The notes: generated by a model not told the origin, from the letters alone. Counted from the first letter of the stretch, positions 40,177 through 51,644 are shown. The stretch: 64,000 bases of DNA from an uncultured cyanobacterium (GCA_963744145.1 CAVUSO010000001.1:3776001-3840000); one strand, 5' to 3'. Translations and numbers: made by a program.

Positions 40177-41752
40177 CAATACTCCGGACAAAATTAAACT
40201 GCAATCGCACCGTAGGAAAGTAGTTCTGAGTAATTGGGATGGCTTTTGATCAAAGTCGGCTCCAAATCTAACTTCAAAATAAATTGTTCCAAAAGATGCG
40301 CGTTGAAGGCTTGGCGTTTATAAGTAGCCATAGAAAAGATAAAGGGCTCATCTTCTTGATGGTTTAATCTGGCTGATAATTTGGCAATATTCAAAGCTGT
40401 CAGACTAGCATTAAAATGAAAATCTAATTTGGCCGCATCACGGGCTTGACAATCCACTAATCCTGTAAACTGTTTAGCATCACGAAAAATAAATTCAATC
40501 TGAAAACGAGCCTGATAATACTCGTAAATTTCCAGGGCGGTCAGCGACAAATCTGTTGAAAACAAAATTAGATAACCAGTTTTGTCAGGCTGACGCTGAT
40601 CAACAACCACGACAATTTTAATGTTTCTCTCTAAGGAGACATGATTAACTATCGCACTATAAATATTAACTGATTTCTCAACTTCCTGGCCCCAAGTCAA
40701 ACGACTTAAATTAGTGAAATTGACTTTTCCTGCATAGAGACGTGGGCGACCACGCTCTTTTTGTTCACCCTGATATAAATAACGCATATTGGCATCAATC
40801 CGCAATTTACCTAGGTAATGAAAATTGACAGATATCACCCCATCAACAAACTTTTTTTTACTATAGTACCCATCAGCTACTAGGTGGCGTATATCCGATG
40901 GAATATAGCTTTGAGCTCTTTTTAGTTGCTCTAAATACTGATCTACTCTTGTAGCTTCATCCTCTTGATTGTCCGATGTTTTCGGACTAGATTTTCGGGA
41001 TTTTTTCTGATTTTTTCCTGGCGATTTTTTGGTGGTTTTTCTTGGTGATTCTGTGGGCAAAGATGGTGATGTTTGCTGAACAGATAAAGCATAAGCCGTG
41101 TTGATATCTAAATCAATAAGTGCGAGCAGAGAAATTTCTAACCCCCGTTCTGCTTGGCTCTTACTACTATTATAGAAATAATCTTTTCCATAGGTTTTTT
41201 TACCACTTTTTTGAATAAATGAACAGTCCATTGCTAAAATTTTTCGACTCGTGACCGCTAGGGCTAATTGCAGGAGTTGTTTATTTAACTCCAAAAAATT
41301 GAAGGAGCGCTGAAAATGGCGTCGATAAGTTTTTTCGTTTAACTGCGAGTAACGACTTAAATTAGTAAAATTGACTTTACCATAGACTAACAAGATAGTT
41401 GTCATTAAGGTTAAGAAAAATTTTTTTTGAGCTTTACTAATCCCAGCAAGTTGAGTTAAGATGTTTTCTAGAAAATTCATAATTATCGGTCGGGTGGAAT
41501 TTACTATGTAAATTCTCTCACGATCGATATTTTTTTGGTGATCTCAGTAAGGAAAAAATTGCGCCCAATCCGTTCGGTTGCCTGATTTGGCCAGAAAATT
41601 GTTCAAGTAGAAAACGATTCAGAATCGAAAATATCTGCCAAATCAGGTTTTCGGCTAGTCCCAGTCTGTCTTTTGGCTATTGGACCGAAAACTATTGGTT
41701 AGTCAATTATACCTATAAATAATTTTCTCTCACCAAAGTGTCCGGAGTATTG
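40177..41752 (-). mobile_element. IS4/IS701-like insertion sequence, 1576 bp
   Basis: Perfect 14-bp TIR CAATACTCCGGACA; 6-bp target duplication TGGGAG (40171-40176, 41753-41758). Confidence 0.93.
40194..41480 (-). CDS. DDE transposase
   Basis: AMDCS, VADGYY and YQARFQIEFIFRDAKQ (Y-2-R-3-E-6-K signature). Confidence 0.92.
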   Translation of the reverse strand: MNFLENILTQLAGISKAQKKFFLTLMTTILLVYGKVNFTNLSRYSQLNEKTYRRHFQRSFNFLELNKQLLQLALAVTSRKILAMDCSFIQKSGKKTYGKDYFYNSSKSQAERGLEISLLALIDLDINTAYALSVQQTSPSLPTESPRKTTKKSPGKNQKKSRKSSPKTSDNQEDEATRVDQYLEQLKRAQSYIPSDIRHLVADGYYSKKKFVDGVISVNFHYLGKLRIDANMRYLYQGEQKERGRPRLYAGKVNFTNLSRLTWGQEVEKSVNIYSAIVNHVSLERNIKIVVVVDQRQPDKTGYLILFSTDLSLTALEIYEYYQARFQIEFIFRDAKQFTGLVDCQARDAAKLDFHFNASLTALNIAKLSARLNHQEDEPFIFSMATYKRQAFNAHLLEQFILKLDLEPTLIKSHPNYSELLSYGAIAV

Positions 41753-41798
41753 TGGGAGAATGATAGCTAAGAATAGCTAATCAGTAATATTAACTATT

Positions 41799-42476
41799 AT
41801 GGCCACTATTGAAGAATTAATCGCAGATATCCAAAAAGAAGCACAAAGAGCCGAGTTTCCGATCGATGAACCAGTTTATCACCAAGCTGGACTCGAACCG
41901 ACCTTACCAATCCTTTATGCTGGTAATCTGGCCAGTGAGTTATGTTTTTTTGCGCGGGATTTGGGTAAAGATGAAGTATATAATCGTCAACCACTTTATG
42001 GAGCTGCTGGGAGAATGGTACGTGGTGGACTTTATCAGGCTTTTTATGGTCAGGAAGCCAAAAATAATGGGGAACTAGAACAAGTATTAGACCGAGTTTT
42101 ATTAACTAATACTGTTCCTTATAAACCACCCGGAAATAAAGCTTATATCGAAGCAGTTAAAAAAAGATTTCGTCCATTTATTGAACAATTTTTAGTATTA
42201 CATTGGCAAGGAAATAAAATTATCACTTTAGGAAATGAAGCTTTTAATTGGTTTACTCCCTACGGTGCTAAAGGTGCCTTAAAAGAGTTTTTCACCAACA
42301 GCGATCGCTACACTAAAAGTATCAAAGTCACCCTAGATGCTAAAGATGACCAATGGAACCTCATTTCGAGAGAAGTAACTTTACTCCCACTCCCCCACCC
42401 ATCACCACTTAATCAACAATACTACGCACAATTTCCGCAATTATTACAGCAACGATTAGCAGAAATCTTTACCTAA
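41799..42476 (+). CDS. uracil-DNA glycosylase-family protein
   Basis: GAAG, TNTVPYKPPGN, ITLG, LPHPSP. Confidence 0.85.
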   Translation: MATIEELIADIQKEAQRAEFPIDEPVYHQAGLEPTLPILYAGNLASELCFFARDLGKDEVYNRQPLYGAAGRMVRGGLYQAFYGQEAKNNGELEQVLDRVLLTNTVPYKPPGNKAYIEAVKKRFRPFIEQFLVLHWQGNKIITLGNEAFNWFTPYGAKGALKEFFTNSDRYTKSIKVTLDAKDDQWNLISREVTLLPLPHPSPLNQQYYAQFPQLLQQRLAEIFT

Positions 42477-42818
42477 TGGTTGATTAGGTTAGATATTAGT
42501 TAATTGTTCGATAAAATAAAGCTTTCAGCTACTGACTACGTGAAATTTATTTTGCCTATTTAGAACCGCTCATTTAAGATTTAGTATGGCAAATCAATCT
42601 AAAAGCTAATAGAACTCTAACGATCAGCAACTATACCTACATAAAATTAATATTTTTTTATTGCTTAAAATTTGAGCAAGAGTTAGCATTTTAACAACTA
42701 GACAATTTTTGTTCGTGACTTTGCATAGACAAAAATTAAGTGCAAGCCAATCGAATAATTAGACAGGTTAAAAAGTCGTTTTCCTAGCAGATAAAATTCT
42801 TACTTAAGGAATGGAAAA

Positions 42819-45800
42819 ATGCTGATTAATCAAGAGCAAGTTTTTTCGATGCAGAATCAATCTCAGCTACAATCATCCGGAGCATTTAACTCCCTTAATT
42901 ATGGCGGTATCTTACCAACAGAAATGGGAAATTTCAGTCAATTGAATAACCCAGGTAATATTGGGAGCGGAAATATTTCTCCTCCTAATAATCTCTTTAA
43001 TAATTCTCTTCAGACATCAAGCGATCGCCAAGTTCAATCGGTCAATAATCCCGCTCAAATTGATCCGATTACTGGACAAACACTCGGACAAAATTCTCCA
43101 GTGAATTCCGAAATAGACCCATTAACAAATAATAGTAATCAAGCACAAGTGAGTAACAATTATGGCAACTTACCCTTAAGTTTTATTGCCAATGAAGGAC
43201 AATTTGATGAACCAGTAAAATTTGAAGTGAAGGGAGCAAATGAGACAATTTCCTTTAGACCAGATGGGGTGATATTTAATAGTCAAAGCCAGAGTGGAGG
43301 GCAAAAACTCAATTCTGAAGTGAACTTAACTTTTGTAGGTGCTAATCAGCAGCCTAACATTGTGGGAGATGCTAAACTAGCAGGAGTAGCTAACTTCCTT
43401 ACCAGTAATGATTCCAGTCAATGGAAAACAAACGTTCCGACCTATGGGGATGTTATCTATCAACAAATCTATCAAGGAATTGATTTAGTTTATCTGGGGA
43501 ATACGGGACAACTCAAGAGTGAGTTTATCGTAGCACCGGGAGCAAATCCGAATCAAATCTTATTAAATTATCAAGGAGAAAAAGGAATAAGTATCGCCAG
43601 TAATGGAGACTTAGTATTACAAACTGAGTTAGGAGAGATGCGAGAAAAAGCACCGTTTATTTACCAAGATATTAACGGGAAACAGGTGCAAGTAACCGGA
43701 AACTATTATCTGTCAAATGATGGCAAAGTAGGGTTTAATATCGGTGATTACGATCGAAGTAAACCATTAGTAATCGATCCAGTATTGGGTTATTCAACTT
43801 ATTTAGGTCAACCCAGTAACTCTAGTGGATTGGGAATTGCTGTGGATAATAGTGGTGCTGCTTATGTAACTGGTGTTATTAGTGATATTGATTTGTCTTA
43901 TTTTAATCTCAGACAGGTCTCAAGTCCAAACTCTTATTATTCTCTTAGTAATGGTGCTTTTATCACCAAATTAAATCCTCAAGGGACAGGAGTGGTATAT
44001 TCTACTTTCTTTGGTGGACCTGGAGTTGTTGGTACTTGTATTACGGTTGATGCTAATGGTAATGCTTATATAGGAGGAACTGCTTTCGCAACATCAGATA
44101 TCTATTCAGGTGATATTCCCATTGTGGGTGGATTTCAAAAAACCTTGTTAACTAAGCCCAGTAATAATGGCTCGAATGGATTTGTAGCAGAGTTGAATTC
44201 TAGCGGTGCTGGTGTAATTTTTTCAAGTTATTTAGGAGGAACAGGTGGTTTCGATGAAATTAATGGGATTGCCATTGATAATGTCGTGCAGAATCCGTCT
44301 AACCCCCAATTGCATAATATCTATGTGACAGGAGCAACAAATTCAGCTGATTTTCCCACAGTAAATGCCCTATTTCCTAGATTCTCTGGATCTGGTGGTG
44401 GTACTGTTGCTTTTGTCACTAAAATTAGTGGAGGAAAGATCAACTACTCAACTTATTTAGGTGGCAATGACAATAGCCCTGAAAATCAAGGAAATGCGAT
44501 CGCTGTCGATAATGCTGGTGAAGCTTATGTGACAGGAATAACGGGTTCAACTGATTTTCCTCTTTTTAATGCTTTGCAAATCCAGCCATCAGGTGGTTTT
44601 ATTACTAAACTGAATGCAACTGGAAACGGATTAATCTTTTCTACCTATACAAATGCAGCTAGTGCGATCGCGGTCGATAATGTTGGTAACGCTTATATAA
44701 CAGGACAAATAAATTCTACCAGCTTTCCGATTATCAATGCGGTTCAAACCAACCCTAGTAATATGTTTGTAACTAAATACAATTCCAATGGTTCAGGGAT
44801 CTACTATTCTACCTATCTCGGTGGTAGCGGAGGGGGTACACCTACGGGAATCGCGGTTGATAACCTAGGTAATGCTTATATCACTGGGGTGACACGAGAT
44901 CCTACTGATTTTCCCATCCTAAATTCGATTCAAGGTCCATCAACATATGGTGGAGATGCTCTTTTTGTCACGAAAATCAATCCTGCTGATCATATAGTTT
45001 ACTCTACCTTATTGGATGACGCTGTTAGTGCAGCGATCGCGGTAGATAGTCAAGGTAATGCTTATTTAACCGGTTCTACCCCTGGTTCTAACCTCTCATC
45101 AAATTTTCCTATCATTAATGGCGGAGTTCAAAGTACCTCGAACTCTGCTTTTGTAACAAAAATAATCCCCAGAAATATTCCAGCTAATTCTAGTGATTTT
45201 AATCGAGATGGTAATAACGACATTATTCTCAGATATAAGCCCACTAACCAACTATTTGTCTGGATTATGAATGGGACAACTCCTACTAACTTAGTCCCTG
45301 TACCTATATCAGCTGGCGATCCGATAGTTACCGATCCGAACTCCAGTGTAGTAGGAGTGGGTGATTTTCTCAGAAATGGAAATCCTGATATTTTGTTTTA
45401 TAATACATCAAATCCTCAACCATTCATTGCGATGTGGCAGATGACTAGAGGAACCATTAGCTCACCTGGACCACAATCAAATACAAATTACTTCGCCGCT
45501 ACACTTCCGGACGCAAATTGGAGTATTCAAGGAGTAGGTGATTTTAATGGTGATGGTAATGCAGATATTGTATTGAAGTATGCACCGACGAATCAACCTT
45601 TTATCTGGATTATGGGCAGTAATTCTATCTCTTCCGTTCCATACCCTACCGGATTAGTCCCATTACCGCCACTAGCCAACAGTAACTGGAGTATTAAAGG
45701 AGTAGGAGATTTCACGGGAAATGGAAACCAAGATATTCTCTTATATTATGCACCGACCGGGCAACCTTTTATCTGGACGATGAACGGTACTACAGTGACT

Positions 45801-46004
45801 GGTTTAATTCCATTACCTTCTATGCCCGATCCGAATTGGAGTATTAAAAAAGTAGCTGATTTTAACGGTGCAGGAACCGCAGATATTCTCTGGTACAACT
45901 CCCAGACTAGACAAACTCTCGTCTGGTTTATGAATCAAGGTAAGGTTTCTGGTCAAGCTAATATCCCATCTTTTCCAACCGCTGATTGGGAAATAGTTGG
46001 TTAA
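42819..46004 (+). CDS. large surface protein with SBBP beta-propeller repeats and FG-GAP/VCBS-like repeats
   Basis: LSFIANEGQ, YDRSKPLVIDP, repeated YSTYLGG / IAVD..GNAYITG; C-terminal GDFNGDG..DI repeats. Confidence 0.85.
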   Translation: MLINQEQVFSMQNQSQLQSSGAFNSLNYGGILPTEMGNFSQLNNPGNIGSGNISPPNNLFNNSLQTSSDRQVQSVNNPAQIDPITGQTLGQNSPVNSEIDPLTNNSNQAQVSNNYGNLPLSFIANEGQFDEPVKFEVKGANETISFRPDGVIFNSQSQSGGQKLNSEVNLTFVGANQQPNIVGDAKLAGVANFLTSNDSSQWKTNVPTYGDVIYQQIYQGIDLVYLGNTGQLKSEFIVAPGANPNQILLNYQGEKGISIASNGDLVLQTELGEMREKAPFIYQDINGKQVQVTGNYYLSNDGKVGFNIGDYDRSKPLVIDPVLGYSTYLGQPSNSSGLGIAVDNSGAAYVTGVISDIDLSYFNLRQVSSPNSYYSLSNGAFITKLNPQGTGVVYSTFFGGPGVVGTCITVDANGNAYIGGTAFATSDIYSGDIPIVGGFQKTLLTKPSNNGSNGFVAELNSSGAGVIFSSYLGGTGGFDEINGIAIDNVVQNPSNPQLHNIYVTGATNSADFPTVNALFPRFSGSGGGTVAFVTKISGGKINYSTYLGGNDNSPENQGNAIAVDNAGEAYVTGITGSTDFPLFNALQIQPSGGFITKLNATGNGLIFSTYTNAASAIAVDNVGNAYITGQINSTSFPIINAVQTNPSNMFVTKYNSNGSGIYYSTYLGGSGGGTPTGIAVDNLGNAYITGVTRDPTDFPILNSIQGPSTYGGDALFVTKINPADHIVYSTLLDDAVSAAIAVDSQGNAYLTGSTPGSNLSSNFPIINGGVQSTSNSAFVTKIIPRNIPANSSDFNRDGNNDIILRYKPTNQLFVWIMNGTTPTNLVPVPISAGDPIVTDPNSSVVGVGDFLRNGNPDILFYNTSNPQPFIAMWQMTRGTISSPGPQSNTNYFAATLPDANWSIQGVGDFNGDGNADIVLKYAPTNQPFIWIMGSNSISSVPYPTGLVPLPPLANSNWSIKGVGDFTGNGNQDILLYYAPTGQPFIWTMNGTTVTGLIPLPSMPDPNWSIKKVADFNGAGTADILWYNSQTRQTLVWFMNQGKVSGQANIPSFPTADWEIVG

Positions 46005-46082
46005 GGTGAGGATTCTATCTTGAGGTAAAATTAATCGACCCTGGGTGGTAGTTAGTTTAATCGACTAGCGATCGCCCTTCAA

Positions 46083-46577
46083 TTACCATCCCATTGTTCC
46101 CGGTTCACCTTTAAATGGTCCAACAACATCAGTGGTAATCCATCCTCCATAGAAATTACCAGATTGGGGTGTCACCAACTCATCATTGACATAACAAGCA
46201 TCCATTAAACTAGCATTAAAACCATAGTATTCTTGCAGGGACAAAAAATTAGGAGTAGTCGCAATATATTGCCAAACCGCATAGTTAATATACTGATCAC
46301 CAATCTTAACATCATAATATTGATAGCGACCTTTCCATTCACACAAGTTTTTTTTCTCTGTAGCAATCAGATATTCTAGTTTAATGTCTTCAGGTGGAAA
46401 ATAATAGCTAGGGGGATGACTGGTTTCTAACACCCTTTTACCTCGGGTAGTTTCAGCCAAAACAATCCCCTTACAAATCACTTTTAGATGTTTATTGGTA
46501 TCTTGTAAAATTGCCGGACGTGGATAATCCCAAACAGATTCTTGACCGGGTTTTGGTGGAATAGGAAGAGGTCTCAT
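46083..46577 (-). CDS. DUF427-family protein
   Basis: ESVWDYPRP, VLETSHPP.YY, CEWKG, FYGGW. Confidence 0.85.
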   Translation of the reverse strand: MRPLPIPPKPGQESVWDYPRPAILQDTNKHLKVICKGIVLAETTRGKRVLETSHPPSYYFPPEDIKLEYLIATEKKNLCEWKGRYQYYDVKIGDQYINYAVWQYIATTPNFLSLQEYYGFNASLMDACYVNDELVTPQSGNFYGGWITTDVVGPFKGEPGTMGW

Positions 46578-46636
46578 AAATCTCCGATTGCAGATTTTTC
46601 AGTGATAGAGCGATCGCCTGATCAAGTTATTATGAT

Positions 46637-47338
46637 TTAGTCAGGTAAATTGCCAAAATGCTGCTGATAACGAGCTAATAACATTTCCAACTGTTCAAGT
46701 CGAAGATGTTCTTGTTCAGCTCTTTGCTCTGCTTGAATTCTGGCTAAATTTTCCTGTTCTAGAGCATCTAACAACTCATCGGGAGTTAACAATTTTTTGC
46801 CATTATCTTCGCGATAAAAACTAATCAAATCACCTTCCACAGCTAAACTCAATTGTAAAGGATCACTCCGACCATCAAAAATTTCCTCAAACACCTCTCC
46901 TCGTAAACGATAACCCCGCAACCTTTCGGGAATCCACTCTCCTTTGGGATCAAACAACCAATATTCTCTTACCCCCAACTGTTCATACAGAATTCTCTTA
47001 AAGCTTTTATCATAGTCTTCAGTTTCTTTACCAGTGATTTCAAAAATCACTACCGGAATCTGACCTTCTTCCCAAATTTTATAACCATCCCTTAACCTGG
47101 GTTGCACATCAAAAATCACCATCACATCAGGAGCAGTTCGCAATTTCGGAAAACCTTGAGCATAATAAAGAAACTGATTAGCCAAAACACTTGCTTGATG
47201 ACCTTTAAGATATTGTCGCAGGACTTGTAAAGTATTGAGCAGCACATAAAAATTATCAACTGCTTCCATCCCAGGTTCATAATTTCGACCCTGAGCCAAA
47301 GGTTGAGCGGGTTCTTCTATGTATGAGTCAAAAGTCAT
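46637..47338 (-). CDS. Uma2 (DUF820) family protein with coiled-coil tail
   Basis: APDVMV, FEIT, LGVREYWLFDP; ATG at 47338 preferred. Confidence 0.88.
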   Translation of the reverse strand: MTFDSYIEEPAQPLAQGRNYEPGMEAVDNFYVLLNTLQVLRQYLKGHQASVLANQFLYYAQGFPKLRTAPDVMVIFDVQPRLRDGYKIWEEGQIPVVIFEITGKETEDYDKSFKRILYEQLGVREYWLFDPKGEWIPERLRGYRLRGEVFEEIFDGRSDPLQLSLAVEGDLISFYREDNGKKLLTPDELLDALEQENLARIQAEQRAEQEHLRLEQLEMLLARYQQHFGNLPD

Positions 47339-47479
47339 AAGGATATTTTGAGGTTGATTGTCTATTTTAGGATACTTGCAAGCTGATCTCAATTTATCTC
47401 GGCAATTTTCCCTGGTTCAACTTGGATATCTGAATCCGGAAACTGAGATAATGATTGTCCGAACTAGAGAAAAACTACT

Positions 47480-49282
47480 ATGCGACTGTCCCAAATGCTA
47501 TTCGTCACTCTGCGGGAAGACCCAGCTGAAGCAGAGATACCTAGTCATAAACTCTTACTCCGAGCAGGTTACATCCGTCGAATTGGTAGTGGTATTTATG
47601 CTTATTTACCTCTGATGTGGCGCGTTTTAAAAAAAGTATCCCAAATTGTCCGGGAAGAAATGGACGCAACTGGGGCCGAAGAATGTTTGTTACCCCAAAT
47701 TCAACCAGCAGAATTATGGCAAGAATCGGGTCGTTGGGATACCTATACTAAAGCTGAGGGGATTATGTTTTCCCTAACCGATCGACAAGAACGAAAACTG
47801 GGACTTGGACCAACTCACGAAGAAGTAATTACCACGATCGCGAAAGAACTGATCCGCTCCTATCGACAATTACCTTTACATCTTTACCAAATCCAAACTA
47901 AATTTCGGGATGAAATTCGTCCTCGTTTTGGGTTAATGCGAGGAAGAGAATTTATTATGAAAGATGGCTACTCTTTTCACACCGATGAAGAAAGCCTAAA
48001 AAAAACTTACCAAGATATGAACCGTGCTTATAGTAATATGCTCCGTCGGTCTGGGTTAGCTTTTCGTGCAGTTGAAGCTGATTCTGGAGCAATTGGTGGA
48101 TCGGGTTCTCAAGAATTTATGGTATTAGCAGAAGCTGGCGAAGATGAAGTGATCTACACTGAAGATGGCAAATATGCAGCTAATGTAGAAAAAGCTGTTG
48201 CTTTACCTCCTGATCCCGAACCATCTCCTTTTACCAGTTATGAAAAACGCTCAACTCCAGAAACCGATACCATTCCCAAACTCTGCAAATTTCTCAAGTG
48301 TTCTGCTACTCAAATAGTCAAAAATATCCTTTATCAGGCTCTTTACGATCAAGGAACAACCGTTTTAGTATTGGTCAGTATCCGTGGCGATCGCGATGTG
48401 AATGAAGTAAAATTGCAAAATGAATTAACTAAACTAGCATCTCAATATAAGTCTCAAACTTTACTAACTCTTAAAGTTCCGGATGCTGAGGAACAGCAAA
48501 AATGGGCTGCTCGGTCTCTTCCTTTAGGTTACATTGCTCCTAATCTAGGTGATGATTATATTAGTAAGGTTAAAGATATCGCACCGCAGTTTTTGCGTTT
48601 AGTAGATCGAACAGCGGTAGATTTAACCAATTTCGTCACTGGTAGTAATGAATCTGGTTATCATGTTGTTGGTGCTAATTGGAATCAGCAATTTCCCTTA
48701 CCCCAAGTAGTTGATATTCAGAAAGCCAAACCAGGCGATCGAGCGATTCACGATCCAGAACAAATTCTCCAAAGTGCTAGAGGAATTGAAGTTGGTCATA
48801 TTTTTCAATTAGGAAGCAAATATTCCCAAGCAATGAACGCAACCTATACTAATGAACAAGGTGAAGAAATTCCTTTAATTATGGGTTGTTATGGAGTAGG
48901 AGTTTCCCGGTTAGCACAATCAGCAGTAGAACAATCTTATGATCAAAATGGGATAATTTGGCCCGTCGCGATCGCTCCCTATCATGCAATTGTCACGATT
49001 CCTAATATCACTGATCCTCAACAAGTTGAAATTGCAGAAAAACTCTATAATGAGTTAAACCAAGCTGGAATTGAAACTCTGTTAGACGATCGAGATGAAC
49101 GAGCTGGGGTAAAATTTAAAGATGCGGATTTAATCGGAATTCCCTATCGAATTGTTCCGGGTCGATCTCTGAAATCAGGTAAGGTAGAAGTAGTTGAACG
49201 CGCTACTCAAAAATCTCAAGAAATTCCCATTGCTGACGTTAAATCCACGCTGAAACAATGGATTGAATCTGCTTGCTCTTAG
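47480..49282 (+). CDS. proS: proline--tRNA ligase
   Basis: [37 protein letters not shown]. Confidence 0.98.
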   Translation: MRLSQMLFVTLREDPAEAEIPSHKLLLRAGYIRRIGSGIYAYLPLMWRVLKKVSQIVREEMDATGAEECLLPQIQPAELWQESGRWDTYTKAEGIMFSLTDRQERKLGLGPTHEEVITTIAKELIRSYRQLPLHLYQIQTKFRDEIRPRFGLMRGREFIMKDGYSFHTDEESLKKTYQDMNRAYSNMLRRSGLAFRAVEADSGAIGGSGSQEFMVLAEAGEDEVIYTEDGKYAANVEKAVALPPDPEPSPFTSYEKRSTPETDTIPKLCKFLKCSATQIVKNILYQALYDQGTTVLVLVSIRGDRDVNEVKLQNELTKLASQYKSQTLLTLKVPDAEEQQKWAARSLPLGYIAPNLGDDYISKVKDIAPQFLRLVDRTAVDLTNFVTGSNESGYHVVGANWNQQFPLPQVVDIQKAKPGDRAIHDPEQILQSARGIEVGHIFQLGSKYSQAMNATYTNEQGEEIPLIMGCYGVGVSRLAQSAVEQSYDQNGIIWPVAIAPYHAIVTIPNITDPQQVEIAEKLYNELNQAGIETLLDDRDERAGVKFKDADLIGIPYRIVPGRSLKSGKVEVVERATQKSQEIPIADVKSTLKQWIESACS

Positions 49283-49366
49283 CTGATTTCTATCACTAAA
49301 TTTAACCCTCACAAACACTCTAATTTTGTTAATGATCAGATGCTTAAGAGTTAGGAATAATACTTG

Positions 49367-49392
49367 GTTTGTAGTAAGCGCTTACTACAAAC
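49367..49392. repeat. perfect 26-bp GTAG-type palindrome
   Basis: GTTTGTAGTAAGCGCTTACTACAAAC. Confidence 0.8.
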
Positions 49393-49521
49393 GAATTATT
49401 TAATTTCTATAGCGTATTCCAGGTTTGTGAAGTATAGCACTTGTGTCGATGTTTCGACTACACTCAACACAAGGCATAGTCGAGATAGTGTTGTCTGTGA
49501 ATGGAAGATGGGGTAGTTCAT

Positions 49522-50074
49522 CAAGGTGATCTGTGGGGCAGGGCGGGTTCATGAAGGTTATTTGTGTGTGGCAAATTCAGCGGTGAACCCGCCCCTACGA
49601 GATCATAAAAATGTATTGTCAATGAATTTATAAAGCAGGATTTGTAGGGGCGGGTTCACCAGTTAATTCTGACATAAATAGATCAACATCATCAACCCGC
49701 CCAACCAACACAGATCAATCACAATTGACTTTAACTGATCGGACAGACAAGATGCCTATCTCACAATCTTACTGTACTTCATCAACAGGTTATCCGCAAG
49801 GTGATCTGTGGGGCAGGGCGGGTTCATGAAGGTTATTTGTGTGTAGCAAATTCAGCGGTGAACCCGCCCCTACGAGATCATAAAAATGTATTGTCAATGA
49901 ATTTATAAAGCAGGATTTGTAGGGGCGGGTTCACCAGTTAATTCTGACATAAATAGATCAACATCATCAACCCGCCCAACCAACACAGATCAATCACAAT
50001 TGACTTTAACTGTTCGGACAGGCAAGATGCCTTTCCCATCACAATCTTACTGTACTTTATCAACAGGTCATCCG
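49522..50074. repeat. 275-bp tandem duplication, each copy carrying two REP pairs
   Basis: Copies start CAAGGTGATCTGTGGGGC at 49522 and 49797; internal GGGCGGGTTCA...TGAACCCGCCCCTAC and GTAGGGGCGGGTTCA...CAACCCGCCC. Confidence 0.95.
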
Positions 50075-50107
50075 CTGTATTCCTTAAATATTTCCTAAAT
50101 TAATATC

Positions 50108-50908
50108 ATGGAATTTTTGACCATATTACTATCAACACTACTAACTTTAGTCTCACCAACCGGGTTAATAGTAGATCGAGCTGGTGAAAATATAATTCGG
50201 GCTAGATTTAAAAAAGTTGAACACCTAAAAGTTCGAGTAGATAATCCTCCTGCTTATCAAATATTACAAGGTAAAATTGAGCGATTATTAATTGCTGGAA
50301 GCGGATTGTTTCCTAGTCAAGATTTCCGAATTGATCTACTAGAAATCGAAACAGATCCAATTAAAATTGATCCGAATAGCTTCAAAAAAAGAAAACCCAA
50401 ATTAAAACAACCCTTCCAAGCAGGAATTCATTTAGTCTTAAAACAAGAAGACATTAATCAAGCTCTGCGATCGCCACAAATCAAGGAAAAATTAGCTAAA
50501 ATTAGTGGTAATTTTCTCAAATATCCACAATTGCAACCAGGACAACAGTTAGAATTTATCAATCCACATCTAGAATTTTTACAGAACAATCGAATCCTGA
50601 TCCAAATAGAGATCAAAGAAAGAGAATTCCCTGATTTATTAACCATATCGGCTGAAACTGGACTAGCAGTAATTCGCGGACATCAATTACAATTAATCCA
50701 ACCCATCATTTTGATTAATGGTCAAGCAGCACCGACCAAACTGGTAAACGCGATCGCGACGGGATTTAATACCAAATTAGACCTGAGTCGTTTAGAATCC
50801 CGTGGAATTACTGCCAGATTACTACAATTAAAAATAACACCTACCAGACTAGACATGGCCACATTTATCAAAATCGAGCCCCGATTTCTGGAAAATCACC
50901 AATTTTGA
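50108..50908 (+). CDS. DUF2993/LmeA-like protein
   Basis: N-terminal hydrophobic segment; LQGKI, ETDPI, DINQAL.SP. Confidence 0.75.
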   Translation: MEFLTILLSTLLTLVSPTGLIVDRAGENIIRARFKKVEHLKVRVDNPPAYQILQGKIERLLIAGSGLFPSQDFRIDLLEIETDPIKIDPNSFKKRKPKLKQPFQAGIHLVLKQEDINQALRSPQIKEKLAKISGNFLKYPQLQPGQQLEFINPHLEFLQNNRILIQIEIKEREFPDLLTISAETGLAVIRGHQLQLIQPIILINGQAAPTKLVNAIATGFNTKLDLSRLESRGITARLLQLKITPTRLDMATFIKIEPRFLENHQF

Positions 50909-50992
50909 TGTAGTTAGCGAAGGGAGTGCCATATTTATACCCTTAATCTAACTAATTTAAACCCTACCCAATCTTTCCGGAGAATTAAATAT

Positions 50993-51637
50993 ATGCAAAA
51001 GCAACAACCTCATCATCACCTTTGGCTCCGTATAATTACGGGTTTCTCAGTTCTGATCGTCAGTGTGGGTCTCGCTTGGTGGACTTGGTACGAGAAAACC
51101 AATCTGTCAATTTCCACCCATACTAATACCATTAAATCATTACCAGTAGCACAACTAGATCAACCAGTAGCACAAAAACTTCCAGAACTAAAAGCTAAAG
51201 ATTTAGCGAAAGAAAATGTTCCAGAAGTTTACTGGCTCCAGGATACAGGTAATCATGTCGAACTTGTTCCCAGTCGAATCCAGCAAAAAGCTGTAGACCG
51301 AGCTAGCACCCTAGAGATTGCTTTCCATCGATTATTAGATCAACCAAAAGATACTAATCTCTTCAGCGCTATCCCTCAAGGGACAAAAATCCTCAAGGTC
51401 AACATAGAGGTAGACGGGGTTCATATTAATTTATCCCAAGAATTTACCAAGGGCGGAGGTAGTGCGTCCATGATCGGTAGATTGGGACAAATTCTTTATA
51501 CTGCTACGAGTTTAGAACCAAGAGCCATGGTATGGATTTCCGTAGAAGGAAAACCATTAACTACCTTGGGTGGGGAAGGTTTAGAGATTTCTCAACCCAT
51601 CGATCGTCACAGTTTTGACACCAGTTTTCAGCTTTAA
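50993..51637 (+). CDS. GerMN-domain protein
   Basis: SAIPQGT, NLSQEF..GGGSASM, LGGEG. Confidence 0.85.
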   Translation: MQKQQPHHHLWLRIITGFSVLIVSVGLAWWTWYEKTNLSISTHTNTIKSLPVAQLDQPVAQKLPELKAKDLAKENVPEVYWLQDTGNHVELVPSRIQQKAVDRASTLEIAFHRLLDQPKDTNLFSAIPQGTKILKVNIEVDGVHINLSQEFTKGGGSASMIGRLGQILYTATSLEPRAMVWISVEGKPLTTLGGEGLEISQPIDRHSFDTSFQL

Positions 51638-51644
51638 ACAGCCA

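Noticed and set aside
40177..41752. This IS as the autonomous partner of the MITEs
   Set aside because: Only CAATAC is shared, and duplication lengths differ (6 versus 10 bp)
49522..50074. CRISPR array or RNA gene
   Set aside because: Whole-unit 275-bp duplication of REP-containing DNA; no repeat-spacer pattern or recognisable RNA family
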